Positions 10,526 to 21,719 are shown, numbered from the stretch's first letter. The stretch is DNA of 64,000 nucleotides from an uncultured virus (IMG/VR IMGVR_UViG_3300011187_000006) (IMGVR_UViG_3300011187_000006:1-64000); one strand, 5' to 3'. The notes: generated by a model from the letters alone, not told the origin. Program-made: numbers and translations.

Positions 10526-10876
10526 TTAAAGATATACTTGCTTTAACTTTAAATTTCTTATAAATGATTTATTTTCTATAGCTTGTGAATCAGTAACTGA
10601 CAATATAAATGTAACTCTAACATCACCGTTTTTGAAAGCCGATGAAATTGTCATTCTTTCTATAGTAGAATTGTATAATACATAAGACACTTTAGGACTA
10701 TTATCATCATATATTATAAATTCAATATCGCCACTAGTTCCTTTAATATCTAAATACACTTTTTTTGGAATGGTGCATGTCATTTTGACCGATTCCCAAC
10801 TTTGCCAGCTATCAGGTCTTATGTTACTAACAATCTTATTACAAATGTAAAATACACTATTGTATATGAATTTCAT
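10526..10876 (-). CDS. Hypothetical protein with C-terminal RxxKL motif
   Basis: ORF track; ends IRNLKLKQVYL; TATATTTG promoter upstream. Confidence 0.55.
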   Translation of the reverse strand: MKFIYNSVFYICNKIVSNIRPDSWQSWESVKMTCTIPKKVYLDIKGTSGDIEFIIYDDNSPKVSYVLYNSTIERMTISSAFKNGDVRVTFILSVTDSQAIENKSFIRNLKLKQVYL

Positions 10877-10991
10877 TTTATTTATTTAAAACAAATATAC
10901 TAAATAATTATATATTGACAACATAATCATTATAAAAAATATATTTTTAGTGTTTTTTGCAAGGAGCGATGGTTTAGATTATATATAGAAA

Positions 10992-12731
10992 ATGGATAAT
11001 AAAACAAGAGAAGAATATAATACATTTATAGAAAAGGTAAGTCAACACTCAGTAAAAGAGTCTTGGGTTAAAAAGAATTTGCCCAATTTTTATGAATTTA
11101 CAAATAATTTAATTGGAATATCATTTACAGAAAAGGTATACTTAATAGAAAATGAAAAAGCTAAGTGTAAATCATGTGATGGTAATGTAAAATTTTTATC
11201 AATAAAAAGGGGATATAGGGAATTTTGTTCTTATAAATGTTCTAATAATAATTTAGCCTTAATTAGTACTAAAATATTATCTTTTAAAAAAAATAGCATA
11301 GATAAATGGGGTGTTGATAATCCATCTAAAAGTGAAGTGGTCAGAGATAAAATCAAAAAAAGTAAATCTATGATAGATTACGATAAAGTGAATGAAAAAG
11401 TGAAAAAGACAAATAATGAAAGATATGGAGTTGATAACGTATCGCAAATAGATGAAATAAAGGCAAAGAAAAAAATAACAACTAAACATAACTTTGGTGT
11501 TGATAATCCTTTTGAGTCAGAGGAAATTAAAAATATAATAAAGAAGCAAAATATGGTAAAATATGGTGTCACACATCATATGAAGTTGGGAAAAGTGATT
11601 GATAAACTTAAAAAAGACAATATAAATAGATGGGGTGTTGATAATTATACAAAAACTAAAATGTATAAAGAATTAATGTTTGAGAAATATAGAGGTTGTG
11701 ATATTAGAACTAACTTAAATACTAGTACGAATTATATGAATTACTTAGGTTTGGGAAAACATGAGATGTATTGTGATAACAAAGAAAACCACACATTTAT
11801 TACCAATTCTAGTTTATACCATTTTAGGAATAGACTAAATAATAAGCAATGCACTACATGTTTCCCAGTTATGAGTACTTCGTTTAAGGAATTAGAATTG
11901 TATAACTTTATAAAGAGCATATATAATGGACAAATTATACAATCCTATAGAGATGGTCTAGAAATAGACATATATTTACCTGAATTAAAAATTGGATTTG
12001 AGTTTAATGGATTATACTGGCATAGTGAATTATTCAAAGATAAAAACTATCACCTAGACAAAACCAAGCATTTTAACAAAAGGGATATAAGAATTATACA
12101 TATTTGGGAAGATGATTGGTCAGATAGAAGGGATATCTTAGAAAGTCAGATAAAAAATTGGATTGGATTAACGGATAATAAAATATATGGTAGAAAATGT
12201 GTTATAAAAGAAATAGATGATGTTAGTGAATATAGAAACTTCTTAAATAATAACCATATACAGGGATATGTATCTGCATCTTTAAAAATAGGACTATATT
12301 ACAATGATGAATTGGTGTCCTTGATGACATTTGACCATTTTGAAGGACGTAAGAAGATGTTAGACTCTGAATGGAATTTGTCAAGGTTTTGTAATAAAAT
12401 AAATACTAGTGTTATAGGAGGTGCTAGTAAATTAATATCATATTTTAATAAAACATATAAACCAACTCGTGTCATATCATTTGCAGATAAATCATGGTCA
12501 ACTGGTAATTTGTATACTAATCTAGGATTTTATATTAAAAATATCACATATCCCAATTATTCATATATAGTTAATAAAAATAGATCAAATAAACAAAAGT
12601 GGACTAAGAAAAAGCTTATTAAGATGGGTTATGATAAAAATTTATCAGAATCCAAAATAATGGAAGATAACCTTGGTTCTTATAAAATATTTGATTGTGG
12701 ACAGATAAAGTTTGAAAAAATATATAGATAA
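10992..12731 (+). CDS. Hef-like homing endonuclease
   Basis: Repeated (W/Y/F)GVDN, EIDIYLPELKIGFEFNGLYWHS and WEDDW motifs. Confidence 0.7.
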   Translation: MDNKTREEYNTFIEKVSQHSVKESWVKKNLPNFYEFTNNLIGISFTEKVYLIENEKAKCKSCDGNVKFLSIKRGYREFCSYKCSNNNLALISTKILSFKKNSIDKWGVDNPSKSEVVRDKIKKSKSMIDYDKVNEKVKKTNNERYGVDNVSQIDEIKAKKKITTKHNFGVDNPFESEEIKNIIKKQNMVKYGVTHHMKLGKVIDKLKKDNINRWGVDNYTKTKMYKELMFEKYRGCDIRTNLNTSTNYMNYLGLGKHEMYCDNKENHTFITNSSLYHFRNRLNNKQCTTCFPVMSTSFKELELYNFIKSIYNGQIIQSYRDGLEIDIYLPELKIGFEFNGLYWHSELFKDKNYHLDKTKHFNKRDIRIIHIWEDDWSDRRDILESQIKNWIGLTDNKIYGRKCVIKEIDDVSEYRNFLNNNHIQGYVSASLKIGLYYNDELVSLMTFDHFEGRKKMLDSEWNLSRFCNKINTSVIGGASKLISYFNKTYKPTRVISFADKSWSTGNLYTNLGFYIKNITYPNYSYIVNKNRSNKQKWTKKKLIKMGYDKNLSESKIMEDNLGSYKIFDCGQIKFEKIYR

Positions 12732-12834
12732 ACAAGTCTTATATTAATATAAGTTAAACCTATCAAAAAATATCTAGAAATAACTAAACATAGTAGAGTT
12801 ATAATGATATATATAGTAAACAAAATTTAATTAT

Positions 12835-13803
12835 ATGAGCAAACAAGAAGAACCAATTTTAAAGGAAAATCCAAATAGATTTGTAATATTTCCATTACAA
12901 CATAACGATATTTGGCAAATGTATAAAACAGCAGAACATTCATTTTGGACTGCCGAAGAAATTGACCTATCACAAGATATGGACGATTGGGAAAATAAGT
13001 TAAATGATGATGAAAGATTTTATGTTAAGAATGTCTTGGCTTTCTTTGCGGCAAGTGACGGGATAGTTAACGAGAATTTAGCTGAAAATTTCTTAACTGA
13101 AGTTCAGTATGCAGAGGCTAAATTCTTTTATGGCTTCCAAATCATGGTAGAAAATATTCACTCGGAGACTTACTCTCTATTAATTGATACTTACATCAAA
13201 GATAATGAGGAGAAAGACCGCTTGTTTAATGCACTAGAGACTGTGCCTTCTGTGAAAAAGAAAGCAGATTGGGCTTTACAATGGATTGAATCAGATTCAT
13301 TTGCTGAGCGTTTAATTGCTTTTGCAGCAGTTGAGGGTATATTTTTCTCTGGATCATTTTGTTCTATCTTCTGGTTGAAGAAAAGAGGTTTAATGCCAGG
13401 TCTTACATTTTCAAATGAACTTATATCAAGAGATGAAGGCTTACATTGTCAATTTGCAACTATGATACATAACGATCATGTTATAGACCAAGTTCCAAAA
13501 GAAAGAATTAAGGCTATATTATGTGATGCTGTTGAAATTGAGAAAGAATTCGTATCAGAATCTTTACCAGTTGCACTTATTGGTATGAACTCAGACCTTA
13601 TGAAGCAGTATATAGAGTTTGTTGCAGACTTCTGGTTATTAGAACTAGGTTGTGAAAAAGTTTATAATTCTGAAAATCCATTTGATTTTATGGACATGCT
13701 TTCTTTACAAAACAAAACCAACTTTTTCGAAAAAAGAGTGGGTGAATATCAAAAAGTATCTGATAAAGCTATTGATTATGATGACCTTGATGAAGATTTC
13801 TAG
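12835..13803 (+). CDS. nrdB: Ribonucleotide reductase class Ia beta subunit
   Basis: [35 protein letters not shown] and NFFEKRV motifs. Confidence 0.97.
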   Translation: MSKQEEPILKENPNRFVIFPLQHNDIWQMYKTAEHSFWTAEEIDLSQDMDDWENKLNDDERFYVKNVLAFFAASDGIVNENLAENFLTEVQYAEAKFFYGFQIMVENIHSETYSLLIDTYIKDNEEKDRLFNALETVPSVKKKADWALQWIESDSFAERLIAFAAVEGIFFSGSFCSIFWLKKRGLMPGLTFSNELISRDEGLHCQFATMIHNDHVIDQVPKERIKAILCDAVEIEKEFVSESLPVALIGMNSDLMKQYIEFVADFWLLELGCEKVYNSENPFDFMDMLSLQNKTNFFEKRVGEYQKVSDKAIDYDDLDEDF

Positions 13804-13824
13804 AAATTTATATTTCATTTTAAT

Positions 13825-13856
13825 AAAAACCCATAATTATATTATGGGTTTTTTTA
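13825..13856 (+). terminator. Intrinsic terminator after nrdB
   Basis: AAAACCCATAAT/ATTATGGGTTTT stem plus T-tract. Confidence 0.75.
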
Positions 13857-13903
13857 TTTAATATATAACGTAAGTGATAAACTTAAAATGAGTAAAATAA
13901 ACT

Positions 13904-14452
13904 ATGAAATATTTAAGCAAATTCAGTGAAGTAGAAGTAATAAATGAATCTTTACCTAGGCAAAAAAGTGTAGACCAGCTGGAAAGAGTTATGAAGTTAT
14001 CTTCTAAGACAGATATAGGGAATAGAATATCAGATATGAGTAAGGAAGGTGCTAATATTGTGTATATTAGAAATCCTATTGAGAATGGATTAGAGTCATA
14101 TGAAGATTTTGAAAAAAAGAATAAAAAGTTTATACCATCATGGAACTTAAAACACTTAATGTCTCCTTTTAACGAAAGCTTTGAGTATGATAAAGATTCT
14201 AGAGGTAATACAGATCACACCGAGACAGAAAAAATAGCAACTGAAATACTTCCTCGTTTAGAAAAAATGAGAAGTGATGGTGAATCTGTAACAGTAAGAG
14301 TATTGGATAAGATGTTAGATAAGCTAGATATACACAAAAGTAAATTTGACTCAGTAATGCACCATGTTGTTGATAAAGGATTCGACCTTGATATGGAACA
14401 AGATTTAGGTGCAGATGAAGATGAAAGCTACTTAGATATTAAGATTAAGTAA
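13904..14452 (+). CDS. Hypothetical protein, possible head-internal protein
   Basis: MKYLSKFSE...INE N-terminus; TTAATATATA upstream. Confidence 0.55.
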   Translation: MKYLSKFSEVEVINESLPRQKSVDQLERVMKLSSKTDIGNRISDMSKEGANIVYIRNPIENGLESYEDFEKKNKKFIPSWNLKHLMSPFNESFEYDKDSRGNTDHTETEKIATEILPRLEKMRSDGESVTVRVLDKMLDKLDIHKSKFDSVMHHVVDKGFDLDMEQDLGADEDESYLDIKIK

Positions 14453-14684
14453 TTACCTAAGAACCATATACTTAATACCATTAACTATTTTAGTTTCATA
14501 CTTACTACCATCATTTACTTTTTTCTTAGTTGACTTTTTAGTAGACGAAGCGGTTTTTTTATTCTTTTCTGGTTCTCCATACTTATTTTTAAGAAGTTCT
14601 TTCATTGAAAATTTTTCCATAGCAGTTGTTTTTTTTACAAATATAATATTTTAATATATATATAAATTAAAAATAAGTAAAAAT

Positions 14685-15218
14685 ATGATAATTACAAGCT
14701 ATTCATTGTTCATCAATGAGAAAAACGAAACCAAAGAAGAAAAAATATATGAATATGGATGTGCTATGTTATACTTCAATGTTAAGAACTGGGAAGAAAT
14801 AACTAGCTTTATAGACAAAGAGGATATAGGTGAAGATGGTTTGGAAGATGAGCCTCACTTAACACTTCTATTTGGACTTCATAAAGATGAAGTTAGCATA
14901 GATGACGTGAAAAAGGCATTTGAAGGTTATACTTCTATTGATATAGAATTAGAGTCAGTTGATTTATTTGAGAATGATAAGTTTGATGTTGTTAAATTCA
15001 AAGTTAAAAAAACTAAAGAATTGTTAGATATTAATGAAAAATTATCTATATTGCCACATACTACAGACTTCCCTGATTATAATCCACATATCACAATAGC
15101 TTATGTGAAGAAAGGTAAGGGTAAAAAGTATGTTGTTGATAATTACAATGCTACTCTATCATCTAAAAAAGTTATGTACTCGGCAGATGAAAAGACTATG
15201 TTTAAACTAGAAGAATAA
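14685..15218 (+). CDS. 2H phosphoesterase, Acb1 (T4 57B)-like putative anti-CBASS nuclease
   Basis: Two HxT motifs (PHLTL; DFPDYNPHITIAY). Confidence 0.7.
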   Translation: MIITSYSLFINEKNETKEEKIYEYGCAMLYFNVKNWEEITSFIDKEDIGEDGLEDEPHLTLLFGLHKDEVSIDDVKKAFEGYTSIDIELESVDLFENDKFDVVKFKVKKTKELLDINEKLSILPHTTDFPDYNPHITIAYVKKGKGKKYVVDNYNATLSSKKVMYSADEKTMFKLEE

Positions 15219-15234
15219 CCTTAAAATAAATAAA

Positions 15235-15975
15235 ATGAATTACAAGTCAATACCAGAAATGCTTAGTTGGTTAGAAAATAAATCTGAAATAAATTGGATT
15301 TTACTGGACACTGAAACCACAGGACTCAAAGGTTCTAAAATAGAGCAACTAACTCAAGTGTCTGCTAAGTTAGTTAAATATGATTATTTAGAAAATAAAT
15401 TCTTATACAAGGCAGAATTTGATGAAAAAATATTATTAACCGCTGAAACAATTAGGCGTTATGATATAGTTAAGCCTATATTAGAGTTTAATCATTATGA
15501 TGATGGTGATTATGTGTATAAAAATGAAAATATTGTACTAGATAGTTTTTTTGAATTTATAAAACAAAATACTCCTAGTCTATTAGTTGCACAAAACGCA
15601 CCGTTTGATGTTGATATGTTAACTGGTAGGTATAATCATAAAATAGTTGAAGAAGTTTTTGATACTAAAATGCTTATTAGGTTATATTTAATACCTATTT
15701 TCCAAAAATTATCTGAAACTGATAACCATTATAAAGAACTCCTAAATAAAATTGGAACATCTGATAGAGACAATGGTCTTATATCATCTTCTTTGTCCAA
15801 AATCGGTCCAGCACTAGATATAGATATGAAAGGATACCATGATGCACTTACAGATTGTGTATTAATGGGTGAGATGTGTATAAGTATATTTAGAACTATG
15901 AAAGATAACCATTCTTTAGACATAGAGAAGTATCAGCTAGATAGAGTGAATGTTATAAAGACTAAGAAACAATGA
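15235..15975 (+). CDS. DEDDh 3'-5' exonuclease (DnaQ-like)
   Basis: LDTETTG, AQNAPFD and YHDALTD motifs. Confidence 0.85.
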   Translation: MNYKSIPEMLSWLENKSEINWILLDTETTGLKGSKIEQLTQVSAKLVKYDYLENKFLYKAEFDEKILLTAETIRRYDIVKPILEFNHYDDGDYVYKNENIVLDSFFEFIKQNTPSLLVAQNAPFDVDMLTGRYNHKIVEEVFDTKMLIRLYLIPIFQKLSETDNHYKELLNKIGTSDRDNGLISSSLSKIGPALDIDMKGYHDALTDCVLMGEMCISIFRTMKDNHSLDIEKYQLDRVNVIKTKKQ

Positions 15976-16175
15976 AATTAGATACAACAGATAAAACAAC
16001 AAGACCAGATTCCAAGCTATTTGAAGGTTGTTTAGTGTTTTGGGAATATGAGGAAATGGTATATCTTAGAGTATATAATAAAGAAGCAGAAACTGGGATA
16101 ATATCTTTCAAAAACCTTGATAAACCATATTTAGAAGTTCCTTTAGTTGAACTATCTATTATTTGGACACAGTGA
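15972..16175 (+). CDS. Small hypothetical protein
   Basis: ORF translationally coupled to the exonuclease gene. Confidence 0.5.
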   Translation: MKLDTTDKTTRPDSKLFEGCLVFWEYEEMVYLRVYNKEAETGIISFKNLDKPYLEVPLVELSIIWTQ

Positions 16176-16377
16176 ACTTTAGATAGATAGGGTGAATATG
16201 TTAAATAAATACTAAAAAATAAACAAACAGTAATATTGCTTATATAAAGATTCAGTATTATAAAGTGTCGAGAAATAAAGAAAAATAAATAAAAATAAAT
16301 CTAAACTTTTCAGACCTTTTTAATATAACATATATCAACAATTAAGTTGAATATAAAAATAAATAAAAAGCAATATT

Positions 16378-17352
16378 ATGGAAGAATTAGATCAATTATT
16401 TGACGGAAGTCTAGACACGAAAATGGACTTCTTAGAGGAAAAAAAGACCTCAAACAACGATGGAATTTATCGTGTTGACTTGACAAAGGTTAAGGACACT
16501 AAAAGAGGATATCGTTCAGTTGTTAGGTTTTTACCTAACCTAACAGAGGAAGGTAAATTAGGACAAGTAGCACTTGAAAAGATTTCACACTATGTAGAAA
16601 TTAAAGAACCAAGAGAATTAGGTGGTTATTATGACTCTCCTAAAAACTTTGGAGAACCATGTCCACTTACAAATCTTTTTTACCAGATGAAGAACTCTAA
16701 GAATGCAGTTCTTGTTGAGAAGGCGAACGTTCTTAACTACTCTAGAAAGTACTACTCTTATGTATTAGTACTTGAAGATGAGCAACAACCAGAGTTAGTT
16801 GGTAAGATTATGGTTATGCAGTATGGTAAGACAATTAAGGACAAGATTTCGGCAGAAAAGAATGGAGAAATCTCTGGTGAACCTTGTAATGTGTTTGAAC
16901 TAGCAGATGGTAAGGACTTTGTATTAATCGTAAAAGAAATCTCTACAGGAGATGCAACTTACCCTGATTACAAAATGAGTATGTTTAAGCAACAAACTAC
17001 ATCTCTACCAATCTACTTTAAAGAAACTAAAGAGTTTAAGAATGTACCTTTAGATGAAAATAACAAAGTAAGTCAAAAGGCACAAGGAAAGATTAAAGGA
17101 TTTTTATTAGATAGAGATCATAATGTAGAAGACTTCGGTCCTAAGCCACTTACTGACGAACAACATTCGAAAATTTCAGAAATTACGAATATATTACTTG
17201 GTAAGTCGTCTAATAGCTTTAATAGTGCTAATTCAACTAGTGCTTCTGAACAAAAGCCCGAATCAAGCGACTTCGATTTCGAGAATAACTTCACGGAAGG
17301 TAAAGAAGAAGCAGTTAGTACTGACGAAGATGACTTTTTTGACGACCTCTAG
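16378..17352 (+). CDS. Single-stranded DNA-binding protein, T4 gp32-like
   Basis: VVRFLP, CPL, GKDFVL and PDY motifs; acidic C-terminal tail DEDDFFDDL. Confidence 0.8.
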   Translation: MEELDQLFDGSLDTKMDFLEEKKTSNNDGIYRVDLTKVKDTKRGYRSVVRFLPNLTEEGKLGQVALEKISHYVEIKEPRELGGYYDSPKNFGEPCPLTNLFYQMKNSKNAVLVEKANVLNYSRKYYSYVLVLEDEQQPELVGKIMVMQYGKTIKDKISAEKNGEISGEPCNVFELADGKDFVLIVKEISTGDATYPDYKMSMFKQQTTSLPIYFKETKEFKNVPLDENNKVSQKAQGKIKGFLLDRDHNVEDFGPKPLTDEQHSKISEITNILLGKSSNSFNSANSTSASEQKPESSDFDFENNFTEGKEEAVSTDEDDFFDDL

Positions 17353-17367
17353 TAGATAGTTAATATT

Positions 17368-17403
17368 AAAAAAGCACACATTATACAATGTGTGCTTTTT
17401 TTT
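17368..17403 (+). terminator. Intrinsic terminator
   Basis: AAAAAGCACACATT/AATGTGTGCTTTTT hairpin. Confidence 0.75.
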
Positions 17404-18495
17404 GTTGTATTATTAAACAAATTAATATTTAAGTATATAATAATAAATAATAAAAGTGTTTTGATAGAATATTTAAACAAAATTATTAAAACAATAAAAA
17501 ATAAAATAAATAACATGACTTTAGCTAACAAAACTTTTAGAAACAATAAGACAGGAGAAACTATAAGAGTTTTAGATAATTTTGGGGATACTGTAGTTTT
17601 AGAAAACAAGACTAAGATTGATAAGAGTGTATTATTAGATACATCTAAATACTCGGAACAAATAGATCCTAGTTCTTTTTTAGATACATCTAGTGCCTTT
17701 TCTAGTGTGCTTAATGACATCAAAAATCTAAAAACAGATGATATGATTGATGAAAATGTTAGTTTTGATAGAGATGACTCTTTTAAACCTTCTAGTAATG
17801 AGAGTGCAATCATACAATCTAGCGAAGAGGAAGAAAGAGCAGCATTAGCTAAAAAGTATGGTGCTGAGGTTGATGTTTCTGATAGTGTGAATAAGCAGAA
17901 TGAAGCTATGAATAGAATCATAAACGGTGATGATACCCCTAGTGAAAATCCTAGTAATGCTAGAAAATCACAAGATATATCTTATGATACTAAACAAACT
18001 AGCGAAACTAGGGAAACTACAACAAGACAATCTAATGCAGAACCTATACAACAAACACAGAGGATAGATGAAGATCCGATTATAGCAATGTTTAAAAATG
18101 TCAAGAAGAATGTACCGTTTACTTTTGATTTAGAGATAGATAGGAAAATACCTCGTCTAGATTTTATAGAGATGATGGAGGATTCATATAATGTATCTAT
18201 TATTGATTTTTTAGCTGAGGAATTCACTAGAGAATTATTACATAATCCATCCTTAGTAAAAGATAGAATTAAGAGAGAAATTGAGATAAAAGTCTATGGC
18301 GAATCTAAATCTGATAAGAAAGAATCTAAACCTAAAGCTAAAGCTAAATCTAGTAAAAAGCCTAGTGCAAGTGATAGGGTTAAATCGATATCTAAGTTAG
18401 AAACAGTAGAAGAAATTGGTGTAGCTTTAAAAGGCGAGACTGCTAAGACTGTAAAAGAAGCGGGTAAGAAAAGAATTAGTGAACTAAAAAAATAG
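17392..18495 (+). CDS. Hypothetical protein (likely start ~17515, MTLANKTF)
   Basis: Long ORF; the upstream part overlaps a terminator. Confidence 0.65.
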   Translation: MLFFVVLLNKLIFKYIIINNKSVLIEYLNKIIKTIKNKINNMTLANKTFRNNKTGETIRVLDNFGDTVVLENKTKIDKSVLLDTSKYSEQIDPSSFLDTSSAFSSVLNDIKNLKTDDMIDENVSFDRDDSFKPSSNESAIIQSSEEEERAALAKKYGAEVDVSDSVNKQNEAMNRIINGDDTPSENPSNARKSQDISYDTKQTSETRETTTRQSNAEPIQQTQRIDEDPIIAMFKNVKKNVPFTFDLEIDRKIPRLDFIEMMEDSYNVSIIDFLAEEFTRELLHNPSLVKDRIKREIEIKVYGESKSDKKESKPKAKAKSSKKPSASDRVKSISKLETVEEIGVALKGETAKTVKEAGKKRISELKK

Positions 18496-18502
18496 ATATA
18501 AT

Positions 18503-18898
18503 ATGATTCAAGAAAATTTATTACAATCAGCAGTAACTATAAGACAAGAGTATTTAAAGGTTTCATCTAATATAGAACTATATCACAAAAGATCAAAAGA
18601 AATAGTATCTATTCTAGATAAGAATATAGAGAGTCTAGATAAGCTACAAAAAGACATCAAGAGTAAGAAGGTAACTGATCCAGAGAAGTCAATATCTAAG
18701 CTAATGGAGGTTATTAAAGAGGTAGAGGTAGAGGGAAATAAGCTAGAAACACTTATGGCACCCATGAATAAAGAGATTGAGAAACTACAAAAGGAAGAAA
18801 ATGAGTTATTTAGAACATTAAAAGAAAAAAACCCAGAATTATCTGATGATCAGATAATTAAAGAGGTTGGGGATAGGCTTAGACAAGAAAATTTATAA
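18503..18898 (+). CDS. Coiled-coil hypothetical protein
   Basis: ORF track. Confidence 0.6.
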   Translation: MIQENLLQSAVTIRQEYLKVSSNIELYHKRSKEIVSILDKNIESLDKLQKDIKSKKVTDPEKSISKLMEVIKEVEVEGNKLETLMAPMNKEIEKLQKEENELFRTLKEKNPELSDDQIIKEVGDRLRQENL

Positions 18899-18979
18899 AT
18901 TCTGACTATGTAAAATAATCGATTACTGTATTATCTCATAATAAAAGTAAAAAACTACATTTTAATAGAATATGTTTTG

Positions 18980-18987
18980 TATATTTG
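18980..18987 (+). promoter_or_regulatory. Bacteroidota-type -7 promoter box upstream of the cas operon
   Basis: TATATTTG matches TAnnTTTG, 30 nt before cas7. Confidence 0.55.
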
Positions 18988-19017
18988 TCAAAATAATATA
19001 AACTTAAAACATAAATT

Positions 19018-20103
19018 ATGAGTAATTCACCAGTAAGTGGTATTCTAGTAGACTTTAAATTAGAAGGAAGTGGTATTGTAAACTTTGATTCAACAGATCA
19101 GAAGTTCATGTTCTTCAAAGATGCTAATAAAAAAGATGATGATAGAATGCCAAAAGTAAAAGCATTGGCACAGATTAACGATAATTGTAACTATTCTAAA
19201 AAGAATTTCTTCTATAACGAGAAAGGTCAGTTAGATTTTAAGGTTAAGATATCAGCAGAATGTTTTAACAAGGCACTGTTTAAAGAAGATTACGTAGAAG
19301 ATAACCCAAGAGCTTTATATGATAAGAATACTCTTTATAACTACCTAGGATCTACACATGCAATCCTAAAGGGTTATTTGAAAGCAACAAAGGGTGAAAG
19401 TTTAAAAAGAAAAGGTCCAATAACCACAGGCAATATCCAACAGACATGTACTGCACTACCTACTTTACCACAAGCAGTTAAAGCAGGTAGTAAAAAGTCT
19501 CCAATCTCTGGAAAGGGTAGTACAAGCTTGTTTCAATATGAGTCTTTAGGAGATATAAAATATAGTGGTACTTCCTTTATAGACATTGGACAATTACAAT
19601 TTTTATCTTGTGATGCAGCTTTCGATAGATATGGATTTAATCCAGATAATGCTGAGATATTGATAAAGTCTTTGAATATGAATCTTAATAGCACTGATAC
19701 AAAGTTGGCATATTACAAATTATCAACATCATGTCTAGATCTTGCAGAATATGGTATTAAGCTGAATGATGATAATGTTGTATATTTGGTAAAAGAATAT
19801 ATATACCGTTTGTTAAAAACACAAATAAAAAGAAGTAATGCTAGTGCTGATGTAATTAGCGTTAGAATAAAGCTAGTAAGAGATCCTTATGTAGATACTA
19901 TGAGAAATCCAGAAGGTTGGGATGATATAAAAAATATGAAAGATATTAAAAATATCTCGTTTAAACCCTTTGATTTTTATGAGGAAGTTAGTGGTGTTAT
20001 AGTTGAAAAAACAGAAGAAAGAATTAATAAAGGTATCGAAAAAGAAAAGGCTATAATCAAAGAGGCGGCTGAAGAGAAAGCATTAAAGTCTAAAAAGAAA
20101 TAA
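19018..20103 (+). CDS. cas7: Divergent Cas7-like Cascade backbone protein
   Basis: First gene of the operon before cas6 and the array; N-terminal beta strand plus GIVNFD and KISAECF pattern of the Cas7 RRM; 361 aa. Confidence 0.65.
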   Translation: MSNSPVSGILVDFKLEGSGIVNFDSTDQKFMFFKDANKKDDDRMPKVKALAQINDNCNYSKKNFFYNEKGQLDFKVKISAECFNKALFKEDYVEDNPRALYDKNTLYNYLGSTHAILKGYLKATKGESLKRKGPITTGNIQQTCTALPTLPQAVKAGSKKSPISGKGSTSLFQYESLGDIKYSGTSFIDIGQLQFLSCDAAFDRYGFNPDNAEILIKSLNMNLNSTDTKLAYYKLSTSCLDLAEYGIKLNDDNVVYLVKEYIYRLLKTQIKRSNASADVISVRIKLVRDPYVDTMRNPEGWDDIKNMKDIKNISFKPFDFYEEVSGVIVEKTEERINKGIEKEKAIIKEAAEEKALKSKKK

Positions 20104-20112
20104 AAATAATTT

Positions 20113-20982
20113 ATGGAATATCTTAAACTAATATTCAAAGATGCCAAATTATTTAGGTATAATAAAGGCACTAAAGACAAGTCTATATATTCTGGACCTA
20201 AAGTTCATAGAGTTAATAGAAATAACTTATTTTCTTATGTAGAGCCAATAACACATCATCAATTGTCTAATTCAATTCATGTACTTCTAGGTGAGAGACC
20301 TGTTCCTCTTCATAGAAAAGTCTTTTATAAGAGAATAAGTGAAATTGATGACTTGGTGTCAAATTCACTTATTCGTGTAGAAACTGTGTTTAAACCTGTT
20401 TTTAAAAACAATAAGGTCAATAAGTATCTAGAGACTATATCAACTAAGAAAGCTTTCTACAATTCATTTAATCCATCAATTAAATTGAATTGGGAACTAG
20501 TTAGAAAATATATGACTTATAATAAAGGTCTAGCCTGGGGGTATTTTGTAAAGGAGTTTTCAAAAATACTTAAAAAGAACATTCTAGAATATAACTACAA
20601 AGACATAGAGTCAGAGATAAGAAATATAAAAGATGACACAAAAGTCAAAGCTGTTTTTGTAGCTATTTCTAGACTTGGTAAAACAGCATTGGTTAGAACT
20701 ATCCAGACTGGTAAAAATACTGTAACTTCATCAATACAAGATGGAAGTCCTATATTGGTAAATAGTGGTATTGAGAAGTTTGAAATATACAATGGTGAAA
20801 TATTAATACCAGTAAATGACTTTTTACGAGAAAGGGAGAGTGTGATGAAGCCATTTTCAACTATATTAGATGGTGGTATTGTATTTATTGATGGCATCAT
20901 TGATGAAGAAGATATAAGTAGCAGAGAGTTTGATAAATACAAAAAAGTATCTGATATATCAAATCAAATTATTAACCATTAA
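20113..20982 (+). CDS. cas5: Divergent, enlarged Cas5-like protein
   Basis: Lies between cas7 and cas6; YLKLIFKDAKLF N-terminal strand and C-terminal LDGG loop; 289 aa. Confidence 0.55.
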   Translation: MEYLKLIFKDAKLFRYNKGTKDKSIYSGPKVHRVNRNNLFSYVEPITHHQLSNSIHVLLGERPVPLHRKVFYKRISEIDDLVSNSLIRVETVFKPVFKNNKVNKYLETISTKKAFYNSFNPSIKLNWELVRKYMTYNKGLAWGYFVKEFSKILKKNILEYNYKDIESEIRNIKDDTKVKAVFVAISRLGKTALVRTIQTGKNTVTSSIQDGSPILVNSGIEKFEIYNGEILIPVNDFLRERESVMKPFSTILDGGIVFIDGIIDEEDISSREFDKYKKVSDISNQIINH

Positions 20983-20992
20983 AACATAAAAC

Positions 20993-21697
20993 ATGAGAAT
21001 TAAAATTAGTTTTACTCCAAACACTGAACCATTAATTAATAACCAGAAAATAGTAAATGGATTTATACATAAATGTCTAGGCAAGAACAACAAATATCAT
21101 AACTCTGTATCAGATTATACAATATCAAACCTAGAAGGTGGTGTGTTTATAAATGGTGGACGAGATGTAAATTTTCCAAATGGTGGCTTTATTGTTGTGA
21201 GTTCGTTGAAAGAAGATTTTATCGGTAAAGTCATAAATGGATTACATTTAGATGGTAATCTAGGAAAGGGTATGAAAGTAAATGGTATTGATTACATATC
21301 TGGAAATTTTTATAGTGGATATAATCATTTTAAAACACTTAGGAATGGTATTCTTCTAAAGACAAAATTAGGATTTTTAACATTAAAAGATAGTGGATTT
21401 GAAAAAGCTTTAGAAGAACAAACTAGATCCAAGTTTTCTAAGATAAATAAAGGATTAAGTTTCAAAGACTTCAAAATTGAAATTGGTCATAATAACAAAT
21501 CAAACAGAACTATAAATGTTTATGTAAATAACATCAGAAACAAATCTAGCTATTGTCCACTCACTATATATGGTGATAGAAGTCTTATTGAACATATATA
21601 TAATTATGGATTGGGTAATAGCACTGGTTCGGGGTTTGGGACTCTAATTAGAACTGATAATATTAGCAAATACCATCCAAAAGAAGAGCTATTTTAG
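20993..21697 (+). CDS. cas6: CRISPR RNA endoribonuclease Cas6
   Basis: C-terminal Gly loop GLGNSTGSGFG; adjacent to the array. Confidence 0.92.
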   Translation: MRIKISFTPNTEPLINNQKIVNGFIHKCLGKNNKYHNSVSDYTISNLEGGVFINGGRDVNFPNGGFIVVSSLKEDFIGKVINGLHLDGNLGKGMKVNGIDYISGNFYSGYNHFKTLRNGILLKTKLGFLTLKDSGFEKALEEQTRSKFSKINKGLSFKDFKIEIGHNNKSNRTINVYVNNIRNKSSYCPLTIYGDRSLIEHIYNYGLGNSTGSGFGTLIRTDNISKYHPKEELF

Positions 21698-21719
21698 TAG
21701 TTTTTATATCCTAAATGAC

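Noticed and set aside
17349..17921. 190-aa minus-strand ORF and many similar antisense ORFs
   Set aside because: Shadow frames of well-supported genes, with the F/L/S-rich composition typical of antisense reads
18503..18898. Candidate Cas11/Cas8 upstream of cas7
   Set aside because: Plain coiled coil coupled to the preceding phage gene and separated from cas7 by a 119-nt gap with its own promoter box
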